Positions 29,189 through 39,773 are shown, counted from the stretch's first letter. The stretch is DNA of 64,000 nucleotides from Spirochaetia bacterium (GCA_963662265.2 CAXXHA010000035.1:96001-160000); one strand, 5' to 3'. A program made the numbers and translations. The notes: generated by a model from the sequence alone, not told the origin.

Positions 29189-31246
29189 ATGAGTGATGTA
29201 CTGGTTAAGATAAATGATATAGATGTTAAAGTACCTGCCGGTTCCACAATACTTGATGCAGCCAGAAAAGCAGGTTTCAGCATTCCGACTCTCTGTAATG
29301 CTGAGGGCCTTGAGCCTTTCACAAGCTGCTTTGTATGTGCGGTTAAGCTTGAGGGGGGAAGAGGAAATCTTGTCCCCTCCTGCGCTACAAAGGTGAGGGA
29401 CGGGATGAGTGTTACTGTAGAGTCTGATGAGATAAATGCAACAAGAAAGATGTGTATAAATCTTCTTGTTTCAGACCATTGCGGAGACTGTCTGCCTCCA
29501 TGTGAGACAACATGTCCTGCATCCATCGATATAAAGGGCTTTTTAAAACTTATTGCAGAAAGGAAACCTGAGGAGGCAGCTGTTCTTATAAGAGAAAAAG
29601 CTCCTTTTCCGGGATCTCTGGGGAGAATCTGTCCAAGACCCTGTGAAGCTGAATGCAGAAGAACAAGGGTAGAGGATCCGGTTTCAATCTGCTTCATGAA
29701 GAGGTTTGCTTCAGACAGCGAACTTTCAAAATATGGCGAACCCCAGTTCCCTGAAAAACTTTCCTCCACAGGAAAAAAAGTGGCAGTAATAGGTGCAGGC
29801 CCTTCCGGCATGAGCGCCGCATACTTTCTGAATCAGCAGGGGCATGATGTGACTGTCTTTGAAAAGAATTCAAAGTCAGGCGGAATGCTGAGATATGGTA
29901 TCCCGTTCTACAGGCTTCCGGATTCAGCTCTGGCTTCCGAAATGGATGCTATTGAAAAAGCCGGGGTAACAGTAAAATACAACACCGAGATAGGCAAGGA
30001 TGTAAAAGTTACAGAGCTTGAGAAAGACTATGATGCTCTGATGATTGCAATCGGGGCCCAGGGTGCTTCAAGCATGAGGGTCGAAGGTGAGGACCTTGAA
30101 GGTGTTTACTCCGGAATTGACTACCTGGGACAGGTTGCAAACGGCGTTTATCCTGAACTTGGAAACAGGGTTGTTATTGTCGGCGGCGGTAATACTGCGA
30201 TTGACGCTTCCCGAACTGCACTCCGATCAGGTGCCGATGTTACTATTCTCTACAGAAGAACCCGTGCTGAAATGCCTGCAAATGATTTTGAAATTGAAGA
30301 TGCGCTTGAAGAGGGTGTAAAGATTGATTTTCTCAATGCCCCTGTAGGTGTGAGACGTGAAAACGGAAAGCTCTTTGTCAACTGTATCAAAATGGAACTT
30401 GGAGAGCCTGATGCATCAGGACGGAGAAGGCCTGTCCCTGTGGAAGGTTCTGAATATGAACTTGAAGTAACTTCAGTAATAAGCGCTATCGGGCAGAAAG
30501 TGCTTCCTGAAGCAGTTGCAGATCTCGGAATTGAAATAACCAAATGGGGCACAGTAGTAGTTGATGAAAAGACATTCATGACAACAAGAGAAGGTGTTTT
30601 TTCTGCAGGAGACTGCCAGACCGGCGCCGACATTGCAGTACGTGCTGTCGGTAACGGAAGAAAGGCTGCTGTTTCAATAGACCAGTACCTGAAAGGTGAA
30701 GAGGTGACTGGAGAGGAAGTTCTTTTCAATTCACAGATGGGCGCTCTTGATGAAGTTCCTGAATCACTGTTTGAAGGTGTTGAGTCTGCTGACAGGATCA
30801 AAATGCCTGTAATCGATCACCATGTAAGGATATCAGGTTTCGATGAAATAGAAAAAGGTTTTGATTATGAAGCGGCTGTAAAAGAGGCTGAAAGATGTCT
30901 CAAGTGCGGCTGCGACAAGATTGAAGACTGCAAACTCCGTGAGTATGCGACAGAGTATAATGCTGACCAGTCACTGTTCGGCGGTGAGAGAAGAGGTTAT
31001 ACACAGGATACTTCACGGGAAGATATAAAAATGGAAACAGGAAAATGTATTTCCTGCGGTTCCTGTGTAAGGGCATGTGCTGAAATAAAAGGTCTCAATG
31101 TTCTTTCTTTTGTCAACAGGGGATTCAAGACAAGGATGAATGTTCCTTTCGGAAGATCGCTTGTTGAAAGCAGCTGCGACGGATGCGGCGAATGTGTAAA
31201 AGTTTGTCCTACAGCTGCTATCATGGGAGGAAAAAAAGAGTTATAA
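29189..31246 (+). CDS. Fe-S/FAD oxidoreductase: NuoG/HydA-type N-terminal clusters with an inserted GltD/NfnB domain (StnC-like)
   Basis: IPTLC..CFVC..PSC 2Fe-2S; CPRPCEAEC; GAGPSG; GGGNTAID..YRRT; RCLKCGC..C; two CxxCxxCxxxC motifs; no H-cluster or Mo domain. Confidence 0.85.
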   Translation: MSDVLVKINDIDVKVPAGSTILDAARKAGFSIPTLCNAEGLEPFTSCFVCAVKLEGGRGNLVPSCATKVRDGMSVTVESDEINATRKMCINLLVSDHCGDCLPPCETTCPASIDIKGFLKLIAERKPEEAAVLIREKAPFPGSLGRICPRPCEAECRRTRVEDPVSICFMKRFASDSELSKYGEPQFPEKLSSTGKKVAVIGAGPSGMSAAYFLNQQGHDVTVFEKNSKSGGMLRYGIPFYRLPDSALASEMDAIEKAGVTVKYNTEIGKDVKVTELEKDYDALMIAIGAQGASSMRVEGEDLEGVYSGIDYLGQVANGVYPELGNRVVIVGGGNTAIDASRTALRSGADVTILYRRTRAEMPANDFEIEDALEEGVKIDFLNAPVGVRRENGKLFVNCIKMELGEPDASGRRRPVPVEGSEYELEVTSVISAIGQKVLPEAVADLGIEITKWGTVVVDEKTFMTTREGVFSAGDCQTGADIAVRAVGNGRKAAVSIDQYLKGEEVTGEEVLFNSQMGALDEVPESLFEGVESADRIKMPVIDHHVRISGFDEIEKGFDYEAAVKEAERCLKCGCDKIEDCKLREYATEYNADQSLFGGERRGYTQDTSREDIKMETGKCISCGSCVRACAEIKGLNVLSFVNRGFKTRMNVPFGRSLVESSCDGCGECVKVCPTAAIMGGKKEL

Positions 31247-31256
31247 TAATTACCGG

Positions 31257-32579
31257 ATGGATAACATAAACAATCTCGGTAAAAAATATAATTTATTTCC
31301 GCTAGTTTCGCAGGGGGATTACTGTCCCCCTGCTATTGTTAAAGCGGAAGGTATTTATCTGTATGATGACAAGGGAAATGATTATATAGACCTTTCATCT
31401 CAGTATGTTAATGTAAACCTTGGCCATGGAAACAGGGCAATTATTGATGCGGCAGAGAAACAGCTTGAAACACTACCCTATATCGGGTCGAAATATGCTG
31501 TTTCCCCGGCAGTGGAGCTTGCCGGAAAAATATCGCGTATCTCTGCACCTGAAATGAACGGCAAGGTTTTTTTCACACTCGGCGGCGCAGATGCAAATGA
31601 GAATGCTGTCAAAGTTGCGAAAAACTACACCCGCCGGTATAAAATATTCAGTTCCTACAGGTCATATCACGGTTCAACCTACGGCGCCGGAAACCTTACT
31701 GGTGAATCAAGACGTTTTGCCACTGAACCGGGCATTCCGGGCTTTATAAAATTTTTCTTTCCCGATTATTCACAAGACAGTGACTATTTTAAAAACGTGG
31801 AAATATACACAAAATTCTGTCTTGCTAAGCTTGAAGAGCAGATAACAAATGAGAACCCTGATGATATTGCCGCACTTTTTCTTGAAACAGTTATTGGAAG
31901 CAACGGTGTGCTTATTCCCCCTCCCGGCTACCTTGAAGGGGTAAGAGCAATATGTACAAAATACGGGATACTGCTGGTTCTTGACGAGGTTATGACAGGT
32001 TTTTTCCGTACAGGAAGCTGGTTCTGTTACCAGCAGTTTAATATTGTCCCTGATATTGTTACCTTTGCCAAAGGGGTGACCTGCGGATACCTTCCCCTGG
32101 GAGGTCTCATTGTTTCCGGGGAAATTGCAAAGTATTATGATAACCACCCGTTTCCATGCACACTCACCAACGGAGCCCATCCGACTTCATGTGCGGCAGG
32201 CCTTGCCTCTGTAGATGAATATGTGAGGCTTGATATTGAAAAACAGGTTAAAGTGACAACTCCTATCATGGCTGAAAAGCTTAAGAATCTCAAAGAGAAG
32301 TATATATCGGCAGGAGAGGTTAGAAGCATTGGTCTTCTGGGTATTCTTATTCTCTCCCGAGACAGTGATAATACAGCTCTGACAGAAGGAAGCACAGGCC
32401 CCGGGAAAATCATGTCCGAGGTAATGGGGCTTTTTTATAAACACGGCCTTTCAACGTACCACACTCAGAACATGGTTTCTGTTTCTCCCCCTCTGACAAT
32501 AACTCCGGATGAGCTTGATGAGACATTTGCAAGGCTTGAGAAGGTGCTTGAAGAGATAGATAAGAAGTACTGCGTGTAA
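31257..32579 (+). CDS. Class III PLP aminotransferase
   Basis: SYHG, DEVMTGFFRTG, PDIVTFAKG. Confidence 0.92.
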   Translation: MDNINNLGKKYNLFPLVSQGDYCPPAIVKAEGIYLYDDKGNDYIDLSSQYVNVNLGHGNRAIIDAAEKQLETLPYIGSKYAVSPAVELAGKISRISAPEMNGKVFFTLGGADANENAVKVAKNYTRRYKIFSSYRSYHGSTYGAGNLTGESRRFATEPGIPGFIKFFFPDYSQDSDYFKNVEIYTKFCLAKLEEQITNENPDDIAALFLETVIGSNGVLIPPPGYLEGVRAICTKYGILLVLDEVMTGFFRTGSWFCYQQFNIVPDIVTFAKGVTCGYLPLGGLIVSGEIAKYYDNHPFPCTLTNGAHPTSCAAGLASVDEYVRLDIEKQVKVTTPIMAEKLKNLKEKYISAGEVRSIGLLGILILSRDSDNTALTEGSTGPGKIMSEVMGLFYKHGLSTYHTQNMVSVSPPLTITPDELDETFARLEKVLEEIDKKYCV

Positions 32580-32642
32580 CCGCAGTTAAAGGCAACCTGG
32601 AAAGCGTCTGATTGTAAGCAAATAGAAGAATCAAGAGACTGT

Positions 32643-32912
32643 ATGAACATTGACAGGAATGAAATAATTAAAAATATTTGTTACACAGAACTCGTGTATG
32701 GTAGAATAAACAGGAAGCTTGGAACCAGCTATTCCAGGAATGAAATTGAGAAGCTGATTCTTAATTTATTGAAAAATACTTCCTCAACTGGTTATTCGAG
32801 AATCGGCAAGAATTATTATATAACAAATACTGATGAAAAAATCAGGGTAACAGTTAATTCAAATACTTACAGGGTAATAACTGCTGACCGGTTAAAGAAA
32901 GAGTCTCTGTAA
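32643..32912 (+). CDS. DUF3781-like small protein
   Basis: YTELVYGRINRKL, GKNYY, TVNSNTYRVITA. Confidence 0.7.
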   Translation: MNIDRNEIIKNICYTELVYGRINRKLGTSYSRNEIEKLILNLLKNTSSTGYSRIGKNYYITNTDEKIRVTVNSNTYRVITADRLKKESL

Positions 32913-32991
32913 TTGAAAATCTCAATCTGAATCATTTTAATCAGGTCTGAGAATGAATCGTCCCGGTATCGGACAGCTGTAAGGAGAAATA

Positions 32992-33630
32992 ATGGTTGAT
33001 ACTACAAATCAGAGAAAATACTATCTGTATGTTCTTGATACACTGGCTGACTGGGAAATCGGGTTCATTACTGCAGAGTTAAGCAGCGGAAGATTTCTTC
33101 CTGGAAACACAGGAGTTGATCTTGTAAGGATCGGATATACTCCGGACCCTGTTACAACAATGGGAGGAATGGTTATTACACCGGATAAGGCAATAGAAGA
33201 TATTGAATTCAGTGAAGATGATCTGCTTATCCTTCCCGGAGCTGCTAATTGGGCTGATAAGAAGAATAACAGAATAATAGATATTGTATCAGATGTGATT
33301 GATAAAGAGGTGATAATTGCCGCAATATGCGATGCTACAGTAGCACTCGCCAGGAAGGGGCTGTTGAATAACCGTAAGCATACCAGTCATGATAAGGAAT
33401 ACCTTAAAATGATCTGTCCTGAATATAAGGGTGATCAGTATTTTATAAACAGTCCAGCTGTAGCTGATGGTAATTTAATAACAGCAACAGGTATTGCGCC
33501 GCTGGAATTTTCATACGAGGTTTTTAAAAAGATCAATGTAATGAAAGAGGAAACACTTGAGGCGTGGTATAAGTTATATAAGACTCAGGAATCAAAATAT
33601 TTTTTCAGCCTGATGGAATCGCTTAAGTAA
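32992..33630 (+). CDS. DJ-1/PfpI-family protein
   Basis: ADWE, LILPG, AAICDA, LITATG. Confidence 0.9.
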   Translation: MVDTTNQRKYYLYVLDTLADWEIGFITAELSSGRFLPGNTGVDLVRIGYTPDPVTTMGGMVITPDKAIEDIEFSEDDLLILPGAANWADKKNNRIIDIVSDVIDKEVIIAAICDATVALARKGLLNNRKHTSHDKEYLKMICPEYKGDQYFINSPAVADGNLITATGIAPLEFSYEVFKKINVMKEETLEAWYKLYKTQESKYFFSLMESLK

Positions 33631-33812
33631 AATATCTGAAGATAATATAAGCGGCAGCTTATGCCTCTGTAAAAAATCCGGCTATATGAAAATACTGATA
33701 TAGGTATTATTCAATAATTGTTTGCCGGGTAATCTGGTCTATTCCTTTGAAAGATGACTTAAATTCAGCAGAGCGGGATCCTGTCAGGTCTGCTTATATA
33801 ATAATTATCACT

Positions 33813-34379
33813 TCAGCAGCATCTCCACTTGTTGAAACTTGAAATCTCATCAATCGGTTTTCTGATCCGATCCGAGGTTTCCATTTCCTTCTGTTTTTCT
33901 GTAAGGTCTGAAGTATCTCCCGGATATCCAAGTGCGATAACAGTAATAATAATATAATTTTCAGGGACATGAAAAATTCCTCTCAGCATTTCAGAATCAA
34001 ATCCTGCCATAGGGTGCGCGAGAATGCCCTCTTTCTGTGCCTGAAGCATCAGGTTCATTACTGAAAGTCCTGTATCGAAAAGCGCATAGTTCCTGTTGTC
34101 GGGAAGGGAGCAGTCAAGATCAATTCCTGCAAGAGCTATAATTATGGCTGGCGCTTTTTTTGCCCAGCTGTTTGCCCCTGACAGGGCTTTGTGAATTTCA
34201 CCAAGAATATCTGATTGATCTGCGATTATATATTTCCACGGCTGTTTATTGAAGCAGGAGGGGGCAAGGCTTGCTGCTTTTAGTATGTTGTTGAGTTTTT
34301 CTCTCGGTATTTCTTCTGAGCGTAATCCTCTGTATGCTCTTCTTTCCCTTATCTCTCTCAGTATTTCTGCTTCATGCAT
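33813..34379 (-). CDS. Nitroreductase family
   Basis: RRAYR, APSCFNKQPW, HPMAGF, ALGY. Confidence 0.9.
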   Translation of the reverse strand: MHEAEILREIRERRAYRGLRSEEIPREKLNNILKAASLAPSCFNKQPWKYIIADQSDILGEIHKALSGANSWAKKAPAIIIALAGIDLDCSLPDNRNYALFDTGLSVMNLMLQAQKEGILAHPMAGFDSEMLRGIFHVPENYIIITVIALGYPGDTSDLTEKQKEMETSDRIRKPIDEISSFNKWRCC

Positions 34380-34547
34380 TGTATGCCTCCTGAAAATCTG
34401 CCAGGGTTATTTTAAATAATAACTGTGCATATATTAATAATAAATGTTAATTGCGTAATGCGCAAATATAATCGGCAAGAACATGTTATGTGTGTGAATT
34501 AAGTTATTTTTAATAAGCTGTTGATTTATTACTGATAGACCTTAAAT

Positions 34548-34579
34548 AAAAAAACCTCTGTTCATTCAAGAACAGAGGT
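34548..34579 (-). terminator. fabF terminator
   Basis: ACCTCTGTTC/GAACAGAGGT stem with a T-run on the minus strand. Confidence 0.75.
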
Positions 34580-34605
34580 ATGACTTTTTCAAATCAGGGG
34601 GAATC

Positions 34606-35847
34606 TTATATTTTTGAAAGAATAATTGTTGAGTTATGTCCTCCGAATCCGAATGAATTGGAGATAACTGTTTTTACATCTTTCTCAACAATCTCTGTAT
34701 TCAGTGATTTAAGCGGTATTTCCGGGTCCTGATTAAAAATATTTATATTTGCTGGAATTACTCCCTTAACAATTGTCATTGCGCTTATAATTCCTTCCAG
34801 TGCTGCTGCAGCGCCAAGGAGGTGCCCGTGTATTGACTTTGTGCTTCCTACGCAGATGTTGTCATCTTTTCCATTGAGAAGTTTGTATATTGCCTTTGTT
34901 TCTGCCAAATCTCCAACAGGGGTTGAAGTTCCGTGTGTGTTTATGTAATCAATATCTTCAACATTGATTCCGCCCATTTCGACTGCCATTTTCATGGATG
35001 CATGAGCACCCTGTCCTGATGGATCCGGGGCAACAAAGTCATATGCATCTCCTGACATGCCTACAGATATGAGTTCGCAGATTATGTTTGCTCCCCGTTT
35101 CACTGCATGTTCATAATCTTCAAGGATAAATACACCTGCACCTTCACCCATTACAAAACCGTTTCTGTCTGCATCGAAAGGACGTGATGCTGTTTTGGGG
35201 TCATCATTTCGTGTTGAAACTGCTCTCATGTTAGAAAAACCGCCAACAGCAAGGGGATGTATTGTACTTTCAGTGCCTCCCACAACCATTGCATCTGCCA
35301 TTCCTGCCTTGATTGCAAGGGCAGACAGTGCAAAAGCATGGTTTGCTGTAGCGCATGCTGTCTGTGTACTGAAGTTTGGACCCTTGAATCCGTGAAGCAT
35401 ACTTACAAAACCTGCTGCCATGTTGCCGATTGAGAGGGGAATATAGAAAGGACTTATTCTTCTCGGTCCTTTGGTTTCAAGCGCTACTGAGTTGTCGTGC
35501 TGAACCTTGAGTCCCCCGATACCGCTTCCTATACTCACCCCCACTCTGAAGGGGTCATCTGTTTTCAAACCTGAAGATTCAATTGCCTCTTTTGCAGCAA
35601 CTGCAGCATAGTGGCAGTAAAGATCCATTCTTTTGGCTGTTTTAAGCTGTTCATCTGTATAATAAAGTTTATGGTCAAAATCTCTGATTTCCGCTGCTAT
35701 CTGGCAGGGGATATCGGACGGATCATATTTTGTTATTCTGTCTACTGCAGATTTTCCTGAAAGTACCCCTTTCCAAGTCTCTTCCACATTCTTGCCGAGA
35801 GGATTTATAGTTCCCATCCCGGTTATTACTACTCTTTTATTATTCAT
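34606..35847 (-). CDS. fabF: 3-oxoacyl-ACP synthase II
   Basis: TACAT, HGTST, KSIHGHLLG, NSFGFGG. Confidence 0.95.
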   Translation of the reverse strand: MNNKRVVITGMGTINPLGKNVEETWKGVLSGKSAVDRITKYDPSDIPCQIAAEIRDFDHKLYYTDEQLKTAKRMDLYCHYAAVAAKEAIESSGLKTDDPFRVGVSIGSGIGGLKVQHDNSVALETKGPRRISPFYIPLSIGNMAAGFVSMLHGFKGPNFSTQTACATANHAFALSALAIKAGMADAMVVGGTESTIHPLAVGGFSNMRAVSTRNDDPKTASRPFDADRNGFVMGEGAGVFILEDYEHAVKRGANIICELISVGMSGDAYDFVAPDPSGQGAHASMKMAVEMGGINVEDIDYINTHGTSTPVGDLAETKAIYKLLNGKDDNICVGSTKSIHGHLLGAAAALEGIISAMTIVKGVIPANINIFNQDPEIPLKSLNTEIVEKDVKTVISNSFGFGGHNSTIILSKI

Positions 35848-35969
35848 ATAATACCTTCCTGGATTAAATCTGCATAAAAGTTAACATAAGTTGTTGGCAA
35901 TATCTTATAATATTATCTTTACTTTTTGTGCTATTGTCTGATTTGTATAATTATGAGAAAGTAATATAT

Positions 35970-36797
35970 ATGAAACTGCTGTTTTTTATCAGGACAATAG
36001 AAGTAAATAGCCGGAGCCGGATAAATATTTCCAGGCATACTCATGATTTTCATGAGATTTTATACTGTTTTGAAAGTGATTCTGACAAAATAAAACCTGG
36101 TGACCTCTATTTTTATCCGGCCGGGCAGCCTCATAAAGATAATTTACCAGCCTCTTCATCGGTGAAACTATATCAGGTCTATTTTTCAGAGGAACTTTTT
36201 TCTGCCTCTGTTAATATTGAAAAGGAAGCCCTGTTTATTCTGGGACAGATTAAAATATATGTTAAGAAGCAGAATCTTGTGGGATTGTCCAGAATAGGGA
36301 CAGAAAGGCTTACAAAACTGTTTGAAAATATGTTATGGGAATTTAACAGCAGGTACAGGGGCTATTCCTGGACTATTAGGCTGAAGCTTATAGAACTGCT
36401 CATCACAGTAGTGCGGGACAAGAAATTTACTATACCTATCCGGAGTGAAATGGGGCAGCCTCTTTCAAACAGCCATATTCAGGATGTTCTTTTGTATCTT
36501 GAGGCTGACTATATGAACAGGATCACTATTGAAGATATTCTGAAGTTCTGCCCGTTGAGCAGAAGCCATTTCCATTCGCTGTTCAAGAAGGAAACAGGTA
36601 AGACTTTTATTCAGTATCTGAATGAACTGAGGTGTGACAAAGCAGGTAAGATGCTGATTTCAACTGATGATACAATTCTGGATATTTCTCTTGAAGCCGG
36701 GTTCAATAATCTGAGCCATTTCTGTCACACGTTCAAGGATGTGAAAGGTGTATCTCCAGCAAAATACCGGGAACAGTATGGAAAGATACTGGAATAA
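35970..36797 (+). CDS. AraC-family transcriptional regulator
   Basis: HTHDFHE cupin part; C-terminal double HTH GFNNLSHFCHTFK..GVSP. Confidence 0.9.
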   Translation: MKLLFFIRTIEVNSRSRINISRHTHDFHEILYCFESDSDKIKPGDLYFYPAGQPHKDNLPASSSVKLYQVYFSEELFSASVNIEKEALFILGQIKIYVKKQNLVGLSRIGTERLTKLFENMLWEFNSRYRGYSWTIRLKLIELLITVVRDKKFTIPIRSEMGQPLSNSHIQDVLLYLEADYMNRITIEDILKFCPLSRSHFHSLFKKETGKTFIQYLNELRCDKAGKMLISTDDTILDISLEAGFNNLSHFCHTFKDVKGVSPAKYREQYGKILE

Positions 36798-36846
36798 TAT
36801 TTCCCGGTTCAGGATATTCTCTTTGCATAAATAAAAATATTTTTAT

Positions 36847-37746
36847 CTATATTTCTTTGTCAGATTTATTGTCTCTGTTTTGATTACTATCAGTATCAGA
36901 AAATTCAGAATTATATTTTGCAGTACATTCAGGACACAGTCCGTGTGTGAATTTTATATCGGAATTTTTCTGCATATAATGATCAATCTTTTCCCAGTAT
37001 CCTTTGTCATCCCTGATTTTATGGCAGTGAGAACATATTGGAAGAAGTCCTTGGAGAACTTTGACATCATTCTGGGATTTTCTGAGTTCTGTTTCTGCTC
37101 TGTAGCTGTTAAGTACTATAAACGATATATATAGAAGGAATACCATACCAAAGTTGAGAATTACAGATATGCTGTTTATAATTTGTGCATTCATGAAATC
37201 AGATTCATAAATATTGCCGAAAAGATAATAGCCCATTCTGAACAAATGTGCTGTCATTAAAATAAAAGTAGATGTTGGAAGCGGCAGATAAACAGTGTTG
37301 AATGTTGTTTTCAGTTCTTTTACTGAAAAAAAAGTGATTTGCAGGTTTATATAGGCCGTAAGCAGTGAAAAAAGAATAATTCTGAGACTTACATCATTTT
37401 TGTAATAAGTAAAATAAATAAAAAATATGATAAACAGTATCAGCAGGGAAATATCTGTTTTTTTTGAATGTTTCTTTTCGCAGAAATGAAAAACAGACCA
37501 GAGTATCATATATTTACTGAGAACAATAAAAGTATTGGCTGTTACAACAGAAGGAAAGACAGGTATATAATGTCTGAGTCCCAATAAAATCAACCCTAAG
37601 CTGTTGACGACTGCGCCTGCTGTAAATGTGCCGAATCCCGGGTATGTTTTGTGTATTTTTAGTACATAAATCAGCAGTGCTGCTAAAATGATTCTGGAAA
37701 AAGAATTCATGACTATGATTGTTCTCAGGTCAAAAAAAGTTTCCAT
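36847..37746 (-). CDS. Multi-pass membrane protein with a C-terminal Cys4 Zn-ribbon domain
   Basis: About 7 hydrophobic segments followed by GLLPICSHCHKIRDDKGYW...FTHGLCPEC. Confidence 0.75.
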   Translation of the reverse strand: METFFDLRTIIVMNSFSRIILAALLIYVLKIHKTYPGFGTFTAGAVVNSLGLILLGLRHYIPVFPSVVTANTFIVLSKYMILWSVFHFCEKKHSKKTDISLLILFIIFFIYFTYYKNDVSLRIILFSLLTAYINLQITFFSVKELKTTFNTVYLPLPTSTFILMTAHLFRMGYYLFGNIYESDFMNAQIINSISVILNFGMVFLLYISFIVLNSYRAETELRKSQNDVKVLQGLLPICSHCHKIRDDKGYWEKIDHYMQKNSDIKFTHGLCPECTAKYNSEFSDTDSNQNRDNKSDKEI

Positions 37747-37983
37747 AAATTGTCCTTAAATAAAGGATATGACTTAAAGTGTTAATTTTCCAGAAAACAG
37801 ATATACAATGTTGAAAGAATATAATTTCAACTTTGTTTATACTTTCAGTTTTAAATACTGTTTTTATATAATATTATTATTTATAAAAACTACTGTTTAC
37901 AGTTTCGGAGAACTTGAAAAGATAAGCTGTTAGTTTATTTCTGTTTATTCAGAATATTATATTTCCCGGAGGCATTTGAAATC

Positions 37984-39282
37984 ATGAAATATACAAAGGA
38001 TTTTGCGCTTGTTTTATCCGGAGGTGGTGCAAAAGGGGCATACCAGATTGGGGCCTGGAAAGCTCTCAATAATGAAGGATTCAGTTTTAATGCTGTTTCA
38101 GGAGCTTCTGTCGGATCTCTTAATGCTGCCCTTGTTGCCCAGGGCGATTTTGAGAAAGCTGACCGTTTATGGGAAAAGATCGAGATAAAAAATGTTGTAG
38201 ATGTCCCTTCTGATCTTGTTAAGGACGGAAAGATAAATCTTACAGCAAAATCATTAAAATCTCTTACTCATAACTGGCAGAAGGGGCTGCTTATTGACTC
38301 AACTCCTTTAAAGAAGCTTCTTGACAAGGAACTTGATGAGGAGCTGATAAGGAAGAGAAAGGTTGATCTTGGAATTGTTACTATTAACAGGTCTACATTC
38401 AAGACAGTGGAAATATTTCTTGACCAGGTGGAAAAAGGCTTTCTTGCAGATTACCTGTATGCAAGTGCATCTTTTCCTGCATTTAAGAATGCGGAAATCA
38501 GGGGGGATAAATATATTGACGGCGGTATTTATGACAACATACCGTTCGGAATGATAAAGCGTAGAGGCTACAGGAAAATAATCATTATTGATATATCCGG
38601 TCCGGGACATAACAGGAAACCTGATATCATAAATACAGATACTATCTATATAAAGAATTCGATAGAACTTGGCGGTGTACTTGATTTCAACAGGGATACT
38701 TTGAAAAAATCTTCACTTCTGGGATACCTTGATACAGCTAAGGTTTTCGGCAGCAACGAAGGTATCAGGTATTTCTTCAAGCCGGATTTCCATATAGTGA
38801 AAAAGCTTGAATATATTCTGCAGAAACCGGCGCTCCAGGAATTTATAAGTATTATGTCGGACAGGAAAATAAATCCGCTTTCCCGTATTCTGCCTGAAGA
38901 GTACAGGGAATGGAGATTTCCTGTTTTTTCACTCCTGGAGTGTGCTGCTCAGGCAGTCGGAATTGAAAGAGTTGTTTTATATGAATTTAATGATCTGATT
39001 GAACTTATCTGGAAAAAATTCATGGAAATAGATCATAACCTTTTTATAAATGATATAAGTATGCCCTATTTTGATGAAATGGGCAGGGTAATCAAGGAAA
39101 TAACATCTGGTAAGTCTATTACTGATTATCCCCCATATGCCTACTATAAAGGGGCCGCTGTTATTACCGGAACGGAAAAACTGACAATAGAAAAAAATGC
39201 ATTGTTTGTTTTCTTTCCCTATCTGAAAGGTGCTGTTGTTTTCAGGAAAATTCTTGCTGAATATTTTAATGCTGAGGAGTAG
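37984..39282 (+). CDS. Patatin-like phospholipase
   Basis: GGGAKG, GASVG, DGG. Confidence 0.9.
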   Translation: MKYTKDFALVLSGGGAKGAYQIGAWKALNNEGFSFNAVSGASVGSLNAALVAQGDFEKADRLWEKIEIKNVVDVPSDLVKDGKINLTAKSLKSLTHNWQKGLLIDSTPLKKLLDKELDEELIRKRKVDLGIVTINRSTFKTVEIFLDQVEKGFLADYLYASASFPAFKNAEIRGDKYIDGGIYDNIPFGMIKRRGYRKIIIIDISGPGHNRKPDIINTDTIYIKNSIELGGVLDFNRDTLKKSSLLGYLDTAKVFGSNEGIRYFFKPDFHIVKKLEYILQKPALQEFISIMSDRKINPLSRILPEEYREWRFPVFSLLECAAQAVGIERVVLYEFNDLIELIWKKFMEIDHNLFINDISMPYFDEMGRVIKEITSGKSITDYPPYAYYKGAAVITGTEKLTIEKNALFVFFPYLKGAVVFRKILAEYFNAEE

Positions 39283-39287
39283 AAATA

Positions 39288-39773
39288 ATGGAGAAAGTTT
39301 TTATCACTTTAATTACAGCCGGAGCTGGAGGCCTTATTGGTCTCAAGCTGAAAATCCCTGCAGGCGCGCTTATCGGTGCCATGGTTGCAGTCTCTGTATT
39401 TAATATCTTTTCCGGTAATGCCCGGATTCCCTCAGAGCTTAAATTTATTGCCCAGGTAATTCTCGGGGGAATTATCGGGATGAGCATAAACATGGAAGCT
39501 GTAAAGGGGCTTAAGACTGTTATTGTTCCTGGACTTATTCTTGTTGCAGTTCTTTTTGTTTTTTCTGTAATAGCAGGCCTGATTATTGCAAAAACGACAG
39601 GAATTGACCTTTATACAGCCCTGTTCAGCTGCAGCCCGGGAGGGTTGTCTGAAATGACAATTATTGCCGACTCATACGGGGCTGACCTTTCAAAGGTGGT
39701 GCTTATTCATATAATCAGAATAATGAGCGTTATACTGTTCTTTCCTGTTATCACAGCCTTTCTGGCCAAGTGA
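39288..39773 (+). CDS. AbrB-family membrane protein (single-repeat form)
   Basis: IPAGALIGAM, AQVILG, PGGLSEM, HIIR. Confidence 0.8.
   Translation: MEKVFITLITAGAGGLIGLKLKIPAGALIGAMVAVSVFNIFSGNARIPSELKFIAQVILGGIIGMSINMEAVKGLKTVIVPGLILVAVLFVFSVIAGLIIAKTTGIDLYTALFSCSPGGLSEMTIIADSYGADLSKVVLIHIIRIMSVILFFPVITAFLAK

Noticed and set aside
28744-29811. 355-aa minus-strand ORF
   Set aside because: Antisense shadow of the nuoF-like and fusion genes, with no motifs.
26920-31246. [FeFe]-hydrogenase, formate dehydrogenase or complex I annotation
   Set aside because: No H-cluster motifs, no molybdopterin domain and no membrane nuo genes.
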